A stretch of 64,000 bases of DNA from Peptococcaceae bacterium BICA1-8. Its GTDB lineage: Bacteria; Bacillota; Peptococcia; Peptococcales; BICA1-8. Shown here piece by piece: positions 28,535-37,194 of this stretch. Each line of letters begins with the position of its first letter. Position 1 is the first letter of the stretch. Below the pieces are notes generated by a model that saw only the letters and a list, made by a program, of their open reading frames with translations, searched no databases and was not told the origin of the DNA. The DNA is taken from positions 3,823 through 67,822 of the forward strand of contig JUEF01000018.1 of the NCBI GenBank assembly GCA_000802045.1. The letters are read 5' to 3'. The translations under genes were made by a program, and so were the position numbers.

Positions 28535-28677
28535 GAGCGGGGGACTTTAAGCTTGCGGGGTATACCCAATAGCTAAAAAGGAGGTGAGGCAAGGCTTAAG
28601 GTGTTAGAGAGATAATTTAGTGCATAATTCCCGAAATAATATTTAGAAAATTTAAAAAATTCAAGGAGGTTGAGATT

Positions 28678-30231
28678 ATGAACAATAGCTTGTTTGGAAA
28701 GATTGACAAGAGTATTTTCGGTATTTCCGCCATCATCGCCATTGTTTTTGTGCTGTGGGGTGCGTTAATTCCAGAACAAGCAGGTAAAGCCTTTGGAGCC
28801 GCCATGGCATTTTTCACAAATAATTTTGGTTGGTCTTACATGCTGTTTGTTGCACTGTTTTTGGTTTTTTGCATTGTCGTGGCATCGAGCAAATATGGCA
28901 AAATAAAGTTGGGTAAGGATGATGATGTTCCAGAATACAGTACCTGGTCTTGGTTTGCTATGTTGTTCAGCGCTGGGATGGGTATCGGATTAGTATTCTG
29001 GAGTGTTGCTGAGCCCATGTATCATTATGCCAGTCCGCCTTTTGGCGAAGGCAATTCTCTTGAATCGGCTGGTTTGGCAATGCGTTACGTTTTCCTTCAT
29101 TGGGGCTTACACCCTTGGGCTATTTATGGGGTAGTCGGCATGGCCCTTGCATATTTCCAGTTTCGCAAACGGCTGCCTGCTCTAATTAGTTCGACACTGC
29201 ACCCCTTGCTGGGTGACGAAGGAATTAAAGGACCAATTGGTAAAGCAGTGGATATTCTGGCTGTATTTGCCACACTTTTCGGGGTAGCTACCTCCTTGGG
29301 CCTTGGTGCGATGCAGATCAACAGCGGTTTGAACTACGTCTACAATATTGTGGAATCAACTGGTGCAACTGTAGTTATTATCGGAGTAATGACAGTTTTA
29401 TTCATTATTTCGGCGGTAACGGGGATCAATAAAGGGATAAGACTCTTAAGTAACATTAACATGTATTTAGCAGGTATAATTATGCTCTTTGTTCTTTTTT
29501 TAGGACCCACCAGAGCTATTCTTAATATCTTTACTGACACTATGGGTACTTACCTCCAAAACATTGTCCAGATGAGTTTCTGGACTGACCCCTTTGGTAC
29601 CAATCCTGGTTGGGTCGGTGGCTGGACAATTTTCTACTGGGCTTGGTGGATTGCCTGGGGACCTTTTGTGGGAGCGTTTATTGCCAGGATATCCAAAGGT
29701 AGGACCGTAAGAGAGTTTATCCTGGGAGTTCTGATTGCTCCAACTCTTTTGAGCTTTATTTGGCTTTCTATTATGGGCGGAACAGCTGTTTCTCTAGAAG
29801 TATCCGGCGGGGCTGAGATAGCTAAAGCTGTTTCGGCAAACATGTCTACAGCGCTGTTTGCCTTGCTCCATAACTTACCGATGGCAGGTCTGATTTCTTC
29901 TCTAGCAATGCTCTTGATTGGTACATTCTTTATCACTTCTGCAGACTCTGCAACCTTTGTCATGGGCATGCTTACCTCCGGTGGGGACCTAGAGCCAAAA
30001 ACAGGCTTGAAGGTATTCTGGGGTGTCACTGAAGGTGCAGTAGCTGCAGTATTACTGGCAGCAGGTGGTCTTGGAGCCCTGCAAACGGCTTCTATCGTCT
30101 CTGCATTCCCATTTATGATCGTGATGATTTTAATGTGCTATTCATTAGTGAAGGCATTTAATAATGAACAGGGTATAATAGTAGCTAAAGACAAGGTAAC
30201 AAAAGCAGAATCATCTACCGTCTCAGTCTAA
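28678..30231 (+). CDS. BCCT family (betaine/carnitine/choline) transporter
   Basis: WSWFAMLFSAGMGIGLVFWSVAEP, HWGLHPWAIY, WTIFYWAWWIAWGPFVGAFIARISKGRT. Confidence 0.95.
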   Translation: MNNSLFGKIDKSIFGISAIIAIVFVLWGALIPEQAGKAFGAAMAFFTNNFGWSYMLFVALFLVFCIVVASSKYGKIKLGKDDDVPEYSTWSWFAMLFSAGMGIGLVFWSVAEPMYHYASPPFGEGNSLESAGLAMRYVFLHWGLHPWAIYGVVGMALAYFQFRKRLPALISSTLHPLLGDEGIKGPIGKAVDILAVFATLFGVATSLGLGAMQINSGLNYVYNIVESTGATVVIIGVMTVLFIISAVTGINKGIRLLSNINMYLAGIIMLFVLFLGPTRAILNIFTDTMGTYLQNIVQMSFWTDPFGTNPGWVGGWTIFYWAWWIAWGPFVGAFIARISKGRTVREFILGVLIAPTLLSFIWLSIMGGTAVSLEVSGGAEIAKAVSANMSTALFALLHNLPMAGLISSLAMLLIGTFFITSADSATFVMGMLTSGGDLEPKTGLKVFWGVTEGAVAAVLLAAGGLGALQTASIVSAFPFMIVMILMCYSLVKAFNNEQGIIVAKDKVTKAESSTVSV

Positions 30232-30246
30232 AAAAGCTTAAAACTT

Positions 30247-30277
30247 GCCGGGAGGAGGTGCTTGATTACCTCCCGGC
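30247..30277 (+). terminator. Hairpin after BCCT gene
   Basis: GCCGGGAGG...CCTCCCGGC. Confidence 0.45.
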
Positions 30278-30372
30278 CACCAAATGGTGACTTTTTTTTA
30301 AAAAGGTTTTTTACCAAGAAGTGGTGAATATGTATATTAATTCGTAATGAGCAAGCTTTTAGGATTATATTC

Positions 30373-31716
30373 TTGCCTTTTAAAAGAGGTGTTAGCGTGC
30401 AACAAGGGTTTATCAATAAGGTTAGTACACTTAAACTTCAGGAAATAACTGAAATAAATATTTTGAAACAAATTTTATTCTCATTTAGCAAAGCCACAGG
30501 CTTGCGGGCTTTTATTGTAGATTCTCAGGGTGAATTACTTGTTAAACCTGACGAAAAAGAGGAATACTGTGATTTTTGCCAACTGGTCAGGGCTACTCCA
30601 AACGGGGTTTTTAAATGCAAACGTTCTTATACCCGTGCTGGAATTGAAGCGAGTAAATACGGAAAGCCCTATATTTTCCGGTGTCATGCAGGTCTAATTG
30701 TTTGGGCGGCCCCATTACTTGTTGAGGAAGATTTTCTGGGTGCTATAGTTTGTGGGCAGGTCTTAATGTGGGAGCCAGAGGATTTTTTCTGGGAAGAAAT
30801 CGAAGATATGACCCGTGGATTGGGACTTGAGATTAAATTATTAATAGATTATGCCAAAAAGTTAGAGGTGCTTTCAGCCCAAAGAGTCCAAGCAGCTGCA
30901 GACCTCCTGTTTCTCATTGCTAATCACGTTACGAAAACGGGAATGATTACCCTCCAGCAGCGTAGAGCTATAAGTGAGCAGCAGGCAAAGTTAGGTGAAG
31001 AGATACGTGCAAGAAAAATATTAGAAGAGGCTTTTAAGAAAATTGATAACCTCTCAGTAAGGGGTTATTCACTGGAAAAAGAACAGGAGCTAGTTTGCCA
31101 GGTAAGAAAAGGTGATAAAGCAACAGCCTATAGGGTGTTAAACGAAATTTTGGCAGAGATTCTACAGCGTTATTCCGGGGATACAAAAGAAGTTAAAGCT
31201 AGGGTTTTGCAATTGTTGGTGATTATTTCTAGAGCACCGGTAGAGGGGGGAGTTGCCCTAAAAACCCTTTTACCGCTAAATCTGCAGTTTGTAGAAGAAT
31301 TTACACAACTAGATACCATTGAGGGCTTGTGCCATTGGATTGTCCATGTTACTCAAGGTTTCATTGATAGTATGGAGGAAGGGAAAGATGTACGAAATTC
31401 ACAGGTAGTTCAAAAAGCAGGTCATTATATACGCAGTAATTACCGAAAGAAAATAACAGTGGAGGATGTGGCTAAAGCTGTTTATCTTAGCCCCTGCCAT
31501 ATTAGTAAAATTTTCAAACAGGAGTTGGACTGTACGATTATTGAATTTTTGGCTAAAGTCAGAATTGAAGAGGCTAAAAAGCTTTTGCACGATCCAAAGT
31601 ACAGCGTAATTCAAGTGGCAGATGATTTGGGTTTCAAAGATCCCGGTTATTTTACCAAAGTTTTTAAACGAAACGAAGGAATTACTCCCAGCCAGTACCG
31701 GGAAAACGCATTGTAA
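30373..31716 (+). CDS. PocR ligand-binding domain AraC-family regulator
   Basis: PocR Cys pattern (YCDFC...CKRS...FRCHAGL...GAIVCGQ) plus C-terminal AraC HTH (VYLSPCHISKIFK...GFKDPGYFTKVFKRNEGITPSQYR); TTG start uncertain. Confidence 0.9.
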   Translation: MPFKRGVSVQQGFINKVSTLKLQEITEINILKQILFSFSKATGLRAFIVDSQGELLVKPDEKEEYCDFCQLVRATPNGVFKCKRSYTRAGIEASKYGKPYIFRCHAGLIVWAAPLLVEEDFLGAIVCGQVLMWEPEDFFWEEIEDMTRGLGLEIKLLIDYAKKLEVLSAQRVQAAADLLFLIANHVTKTGMITLQQRRAISEQQAKLGEEIRARKILEEAFKKIDNLSVRGYSLEKEQELVCQVRKGDKATAYRVLNEILAEILQRYSGDTKEVKARVLQLLVIISRAPVEGGVALKTLLPLNLQFVEEFTQLDTIEGLCHWIVHVTQGFIDSMEEGKDVRNSQVVQKAGHYIRSNYRKKITVEDVAKAVYLSPCHISKIFKQELDCTIIEFLAKVRIEEAKKLLHDPKYSVIQVADDLGFKDPGYFTKVFKRNEGITPSQYRENAL

Positions 31717-31750
31717 TGATTTTTTATTTGTCCTTAAGGGGGGAAAAGTT

Positions 31751-32422
31751 GTGGGAGATCTAAAACAAATTGCCGCTGCAGTGGTAGAGGGTCAGGCAGC
31801 ATTAGTCAAGATGCTAGTAGATGAAGCATTAGCTGATGGTACTACTCCATCTGACATTCTATATCATGGGTTAATAGTAGGAATGGACATTGTTAGTGCA
31901 CGTTTTAGTAATGAAGAGTTTTATGTTCCGGATGTGTTAATCTCTTCTCGAGCTGTTCATGCTGGGATGCGAGTAGTTAGGCCACTATTATTAGAAAATT
32001 CTGCACTAATAGAAGGTAAAATTGCTATTGGTACGGTAGCCGGCGATTTGCATGATATCGGCAAGAATCTGGTGATTATATTTCTAAGATCCAGGGGTTA
32101 TGAGGTGGTGGATTTGGGGATAGATGTTCATCCAGAGGAATTTGTGGAAGCTGTTTTGCTGCAAAAGCCTCAGGTACTGGGTATGTCTGCACTTTTGACT
32201 ACTACTATGCCTATTATGGCAAGTACGGTTAAACTTCTAGAACAGGCAAATATTCGGGATCAGGTAAGAGTGATTGTTGGCGGTGGCCCAGTTACCCATG
32301 ATTATAGTATGTCAATTAAAGCAGACGGATATGCGGCTGATGCCAGGAGCGCAGTCGATTTGGTAAATAAATGTATTAGAGAGTCAAAGGAGGAGTACCA
32401 TGGATCCGGTTGTATTAGATAA
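31751..32422 (+). CDS. Corrinoid (B12-binding) protein #2
   Basis: YVPDVLISSRA, GTVAGDLHDIGKNLV, SALLTTT, IVGGGP; GTG start at 31751 after a G-rich RBS. Confidence 0.92.
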   Translation: MGDLKQIAAAVVEGQAALVKMLVDEALADGTTPSDILYHGLIVGMDIVSARFSNEEFYVPDVLISSRAVHAGMRVVRPLLLENSALIEGKIAIGTVAGDLHDIGKNLVIIFLRSRGYEVVDLGIDVHPEEFVEAVLLQKPQVLGMSALLTTTMPIMASTVKLLEQANIRDQVRVIVGGGPVTHDYSMSIKADGYAADARSAVDLVNKCIRESKEEYHGSGCIR

Positions 32423-33077
32423 TATCCCGTTTAAGGTTGACTTGGAGCAGTTTCTAAAGCTAATTCGTGTAACTGATAAACCTGGCTATGCTGAAAAAGC
32501 GGTAAGATTAGTTACTGAGGCACAAAGCATTGCTAGGCCAAAGGCAATGTATAGAGAGGCTTTTATAGAAGAAAAAGGTGACGATTTTGTAATTGTTGAA
32601 GGCATCACCTTGACCAGTAGAGTTCTCAGGGTTAATTTAAACGATGCCTATAGGATATACCCCTACATTGCCACGTCCGGGGTAGAGATGGAAGAATGGT
32701 CAAAGGGAATTGAGGATATGCTGGAAAAGTTTTGGGTCGATGTCGTTAAGGAGATGGCTTTGCGTGTCGCTATACAGACTTTCCTCCAGAATTTTAAAGA
32801 AAGCACTTACCAGGGAAATACCTCTTCAATGAATCCAGGCTCCCTCCAAGATTGGCCTATTCAAGAGCAGTCGAAACTTTTCTCAATCCTAGGCAATCCT
32901 GAGTTAGTTGGGGTTAATCTTTCTCAGAGTTCTTTAATGTACCCTATTAAATCAGTTTCAGGCTTCAGGTTCCCTACTGAAGTGAATTTTGATAACTGCC
33001 AGCTCTGTTCACGGGAAAAATGCCCAGGCCGTAAAGCTCCATATGATGAAAATTTGTATGAAGAGAGATTTGCTTAG
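32400..33077 (+). CDS. Vitamin B12-dependent methionine synthase activation-domain-like protein
   Basis: SMNPGSLQDWPIQEQ, SLMYPIKSVSG, C-terminal CQLCSREKCPGRKAPY; overlaps the corrinoid gene end. Confidence 0.75.
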   Translation: MDPVVLDNIPFKVDLEQFLKLIRVTDKPGYAEKAVRLVTEAQSIARPKAMYREAFIEEKGDDFVIVEGITLTSRVLRVNLNDAYRIYPYIATSGVEMEEWSKGIEDMLEKFWVDVVKEMALRVAIQTFLQNFKESTYQGNTSSMNPGSLQDWPIQEQSKLFSILGNPELVGVNLSQSSLMYPIKSVSGFRFPTEVNFDNCQLCSREKCPGRKAPYDENLYEERFA

Positions 33078-33150
33078 TATTTATCTCACCTTTCTTTTTT
33101 ATGAACATATTCTAAAAAGAATAAATGCAAGAAAAGGAAGGTGTTTTTAT

Positions 33151-34011
33151 TTGATAGAAAATGGTGCTTGGAATGACATTATTACATTACCCTTAGGGGC
33201 CCGAAGTCGAAAACCCCGTAACAAAGGGTTGACGATGATTATTGACAAAGGATTAGGTATTGAGGAAACTAAGGATTTATTAGAAGTAGCAAGTGATTAT
33301 ATTGATTTTTTAAAGCTAGGGTTTGGTACGGCAGCCTTCTATTCTAAAGAATTATTAAAAAAGAAAATTAATCTAGTCAAAGGATTTAATGTGGAGATTT
33401 ATCCAGGCGGTACATTTTTAGAAGTAGCTTTTTTTCAGGGGAGGGCAGCTTGTTTTTTAGACAGAGCTAAAGAGTTGGGGTTTAATTTTGTTGAAATTTC
33501 TGATGGAACTATCAATTTGAACCCTAATGAAAGAAAGAAACTAATTGAAATGGCTTTAGAGCGTGGTTTGAAAGTATTGACTGAGGTAGGTAAAAAGGAT
33601 AATAAAATTAAAATATCAATGGATAATCTTAATGAACAGGTTCAGAAAGATTTAGAGTCGGGTGCATTTAAAGTTATTATGGAAGGTCGAGAAAGCGGGA
33701 AAGATATAGGACTTTATGATGAAAAGGGAAAGTTAATTAAAAATAAATACGAACAATTTACTAATAAGGTCAATGTAGAAGATATTATTTGGGAAGCACC
33801 ACTAAAAAATCAACAATTCGATTTTATAGTGAAAATGAATAGTGATGTTAATCTAGGAAATATAGCTAGTAACGAAATTCTTGCTCTCGAAGCACTGCGA
33901 ACAGGACTTCGGGGGGATACCCTTAATTTGGTAATAAGTTATGAAAGCATAAAAGAACAGGAAATGCATCCTGTACTTAGAAAGCTTGTTGCTGCCTGGA
34001 ATCTAAGATAA
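33151..34011 (+). CDS. comA: Phosphosulfolactate synthase (ComA family)
   Basis: KPRNKGLTMIIDKG, DFLKLGFGT, IYPGGTFLE, VEISDGT, TEVGKKD, MEGRESG, IIWEAP, NLGNI, EALRTGLRGDT; TTG at 33151 after AAGGAAGGTG. Confidence 0.92.
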   Translation: MIENGAWNDIITLPLGARSRKPRNKGLTMIIDKGLGIEETKDLLEVASDYIDFLKLGFGTAAFYSKELLKKKINLVKGFNVEIYPGGTFLEVAFFQGRAACFLDRAKELGFNFVEISDGTINLNPNERKKLIEMALERGLKVLTEVGKKDNKIKISMDNLNEQVQKDLESGAFKVIMEGRESGKDIGLYDEKGKLIKNKYEQFTNKVNVEDIIWEAPLKNQQFDFIVKMNSDVNLGNIASNEILALEALRTGLRGDTLNLVISYESIKEQEMHPVLRKLVAAWNLR

Positions 34012-34028
34012 CAAGTAGGCTCTGCCTT

Positions 34029-34769
34029 TTAATAAGAAGGGTAGAGCCAAATTTTATTTTGAGTATATTCAGGAATTATTTCTGTTATATTTTCTAAAGC
34101 ACAGTGTTTTATATCTTCCATTTTTTCTAAACTTTGCAGACGCAGACCATTACGTCCCATTAAGATAGTTTCCAGGGTTTTTCCTTGATAGTTTTGATAA
34201 CTACCTAAGGCAAGATGTCCGTAGTCGTTTAGAGTAAAATTATTAATATTCTTTAATTCAGCTATTATTTTACCTGCTGCTAAAGTGTCTTCTAGAGAAG
34301 GGGTACCTAAAGTTCCTGCACATACTATAGTTATATTTCTGTTGAAGTCGTCAAGCTTTCTTGCTACAGCATTACAGTTAGCAAAGGAAGCAACAAAAAC
34401 ATTATCCGCTTTCTCTACTTTTTTCAGGGCATTAGTACCGTTTGAAGTAGTAAGAATAATGGTTTTCTTTTCTACTTTAGATTTATTGTATTCCAGAGGA
34501 GAATTACCAAAATCAAAGCCTTTGATTATTTGTGAGTTTCTTTCTCCGCCTAATAAAAAATCAGGGTGCTTTTCTTTTAATTCCCAAGCTAAGGTTATTT
34601 CAGTGACCGGTAAAACTTCATTAGCACCATTACCTAACGCGCTGATAATAGTATTTGAAGCACGAAATACATCTATAACTACAGAGATAGAGTTTTTAAT
34701 TTCTGCTTCAATAACACTTTGCCACATTGGGTAAACATAAAGATTATTAATAAAAATCAATCCTTCCAT
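34029..34769 (-). CDS. comB: 2-phosphosulfolactate phosphatase (ComB family)
   Basis: VVIDVFRAS, LGGER, FDFGNSP, LTTSNGT, IVCAG, EDTLAAG. Confidence 0.9.
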   Translation of the reverse strand: MEGLIFINNLYVYPMWQSVIEAEIKNSISVVIDVFRASNTIISALGNGANEVLPVTEITLAWELKEKHPDFLLGGERNSQIIKGFDFGNSPLEYNKSKVEKKTIILTTSNGTNALKKVEKADNVFVASFANCNAVARKLDDFNRNITIVCAGTLGTPSLEDTLAAGKIIAELKNINNFTLNDYGHLALGSYQNYQGKTLETILMGRNGLRLQSLEKMEDIKHCALENITEIIPEYTQNKIWLYPSY

Positions 34770-34941
34770 TTATATTTAGCATTTATGAGTGTAACCATGA
34801 ATTGGTATATAAAACTTTAAAAAAAAAGGAGAATAATTTCCCAGAAATTTTTTAATAAAATTTTAATTATGCTTTTATTTAACAATATATTATTATAAAT
34901 GTACAAACCTTAGTAATTAATTTTTTAAAAGGAGGTAAATT

Positions 34942-35133
34942 ATGTTTGGATTCTTGCCTAACATAGGCATAGCGGAAATTTCTCTTATTCTTGTTTTGGC
35001 ACTGATTATTTTTGGTCCTGGTAAACTACCTGAAGTGGGAAAGGCATTAGGTAAGAGTATAAATCAGTTTATGGCAGCAGTTAAAACGACTGAGAATAAT
35101 ATAAATGAGGAAGTTGAAAAAATTGAGAAATAA
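34942..35133 (+). CDS. tatA: Twin-arginine translocase subunit TatA
   Basis: IGIAEISLILVLALIIFGPGKLPEVGKALGKSINQF. Confidence 0.92.
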   Translation: MFGFLPNIGIAEISLILVLALIIFGPGKLPEVGKALGKSINQFMAAVKTTENNINEEVEKIEK

Positions 35134-35189
35134 TTAGTATAGGTTGGATACTTTAAGGTGTTCAACCTCTCTTTTTGAGGCTATAGGAG

Positions 35190-36389
35190 GTGTGTAGGCT
35201 GTTTGGAGAAAGAATTAATAGTAAAATATTTAGAACAATCCAAGTAGCTGTGATTATTACAGTTTTTGCAGCTTTAAGCTACTACTTATTTTTTACCCAA
35301 AAAAGTGATATTGAAAAAGTAGTTAAGGATGTAATTCCCCAAGCAGAGAAAGTTGTGGTAGTTAATAAAGAGCCATTAATTTATGAAGGTATAAACAATG
35401 ATACTACTGTCGGATATGCAGTTTTAGATAAAGCGACAGGATATCAATCAAATATAAAAATTATGACTGGCGTTAACACCGAGGGAATTATAACTGGAGT
35501 CTATGTAGTTGAACAGCAAGAAACTCCGGCTTTTTTCCGGCAATTAGTCGAAAACGATTTTTTTGAACAATTCCTAGGAAGAGAAATTCAAAGGGGTTTC
35601 TCAGAGGGAAATATTGATGTAATCGGTGGAGCAACTATCTCCTCTTCTGCTGTAATTAAAGCAGTAAATTCGGCGACAAATTATGCAGGGAAAAATTATT
35701 TAGAGTTACCAATGCCCAAATTAGCTCTTAACATTTTCTTTGGCTTAAAAGAGATATTCATCGCCTTGCTTATACTCATTGCAGTTTATGCAACTTATTC
35801 CCCTAAGGCTAAATTAAGAACATTTTGCCTGATTTTTTCAATTTTTGTTTTAGGCTTTTTCTATAAAGCTTTTATTACTAATGGAGCGTTAGCATTATTA
35901 CTAACAGCATATTTTCCAAATCCATTGGAAAATATCTCTTGGTACTTTTTAGTGGGAGGAGCATTCCTTTTAATTCTATTTACAGGCAAGAATATTTTCT
36001 GTTTTTGGATTTGTCCTTTTGGTTCAGTTCAGGAATTATTAGCCAAAGTAGGAGGCATGAGTTACATACCTGGTAAAAGATATGATAAATTAACTAAATA
36101 CATACCCGGTTTTTTCTTGTGGTTATCATTAGTTTTTGCTTTTCTATCCGGAAATCCCGCTGCTGCCAGCTATGAACCATTTGCTGTATTATTTAGTCAA
36201 ATGGGTTCATACATCCAGTGGATATTATTACTCGTTGTTCTTTTGGCATCTTTATTTATTTTTCGCTTTTGGTGCAATTATTTTTGCCCGGTGGGTTTTA
36301 CTTTAAATTTATGGGCTAAACTGCGTAGAAGGGGAGTAGATTTATGGAGAAAAAAAGTGAGAAAGATCAAAGAGACTATATCTTCGTAG
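35190..36389 (+). CDS. RdhC/PceC (NosR/NirI-like) FMN-binding membrane protein with 4Fe-4S motifs
   Basis: Extracytoplasmic FMN-bind domain (QETPAFF...IDVIGGATISS), multiple TM helices, two CX3CP motifs (CFWICPFG, WCNYFCPVG); start uncertain. Confidence 0.85.
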   Translation: MCRLFGERINSKIFRTIQVAVIITVFAALSYYLFFTQKSDIEKVVKDVIPQAEKVVVVNKEPLIYEGINNDTTVGYAVLDKATGYQSNIKIMTGVNTEGIITGVYVVEQQETPAFFRQLVENDFFEQFLGREIQRGFSEGNIDVIGGATISSSAVIKAVNSATNYAGKNYLELPMPKLALNIFFGLKEIFIALLILIAVYATYSPKAKLRTFCLIFSIFVLGFFYKAFITNGALALLLTAYFPNPLENISWYFLVGGAFLLILFTGKNIFCFWICPFGSVQELLAKVGGMSYIPGKRYDKLTKYIPGFFLWLSLVFAFLSGNPAAASYEPFAVLFSQMGSYIQWILLLVVLLASLFIFRFWCNYFCPVGFTLNLWAKLRRRGVDLWRKKVRKIKETISS

Positions 36390-36503
36390 TATTGTTATTA
36401 ATTACAGTAGTATTGGTCAGTTTAGTAATTATTGAGAATGCAGGATTAATTTAAAATTGTTTTACTAGACTATAAGCCTTAAAAAATAATACTGATATTA
36501 GAG

Positions 36504-36527
36504 CTCACCTGTTTTTTGCAAGGTGAG
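36504..36527 (+). terminator. Terminator between rdhC and cytochrome gene
   Basis: CTCACCT...AGGTGAG followed by TTTTT. Confidence 0.5.
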
Positions 36528-36652
36528 TTTTTATATTATTTTTATGTTTTTACTATCCCCGTTTACAACTTTTTAATCAATAATTTGTTACAGTGTTATA
36601 TAGAAACAAATCTCAATCAAAAATTATAAAGAATAGGAGGGGTGTAATTTAA

Positions 36653-37156
36653 TTGAAAGCTGTTCATAAAGCTCTAATCTTTATTATAGTCATAATTTTA
36701 GGGCAATTAGTTGTGTCTGCTTGTTCTAGTTCAGCCCCTGAGCAACAAATAAGACAAGAACCATCACCGTCTTCTATAGAAAGGGAAGAGAAAGAAGAAA
36801 CTAAGCTAGAAAAGGAAGAATTAACCTTAACAATAAGCCAGGTTAACGAACAATTAATAAGCTCTTCATTTTTAGATAGTGCTCATATCACCAATGAAGT
36901 AGGTTGTAATGATTGTCATTACAACTTAGAAGAAGGCAAGCCTGTAACCTTGCCAGAAGATCAAACTTGTTTAGATTGTCACGGTAGCTATAATGATCTA
37001 GCAGATTTCTTAAAAGATAAAGAACAGTGGAAAAATTATAATCCCCATTTTGCCCACGAGAGAGATGATTGTATAACATGTCATAAGGCTCATCAGCCCT
37101 TTGAATTAACATGTTCTAGCTGCCATTCTGTAAGGGCGCCGGAAAGGTTTAGATAA
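36653..37156 (+). CDS. Tetraheme cytochrome c lipoprotein (cytochrome c3 / Fcc3 heme-domain-like)
   Basis: Lipobox LVVSAC; four CxxCH motifs: CNDCH, CLDCH, CITCH, CSSCH, with NPHFAH between hemes 2 and 3; RBS AGGAGG. Confidence 0.9.
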   Translation: MKAVHKALIFIIVIILGQLVVSACSSSAPEQQIRQEPSPSSIEREEKEETKLEKEELTLTISQVNEQLISSSFLDSAHITNEVGCNDCHYNLEEGKPVTLPEDQTCLDCHGSYNDLADFLKDKEQWKNYNPHFAHERDDCITCHKAHQPFELTCSSCHSVRAPERFR

Positions 37157-37194
37157 GGTAAAATAATAAAAAATAGTCTAAGAGGAGGGACAGT

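Noticed and set aside
28535-28677. Cobalamin riboswitch upstream of the BCCT gene or elsewhere in the corrinoid region
   Set aside because: No B12-box or GCCACTG/GGGAA-type consensus found by eye.
18476-33077. mec (dichloromethane) or cmu (chloromethane) cassette
   Set aside because: The methyltransferases are MttB-family, not MtaA/CmuA-family, and a BCCT transporter points to quaternary amines.
34770-36652. Dehalobox (TTAAT-N4-ATTAA) or OmpR direct repeats upstream of tatA or the cytochrome gene
   Set aside because: Only partial matches in very AT-rich DNA, with inconsistent spacing; not distinguishable from chance.
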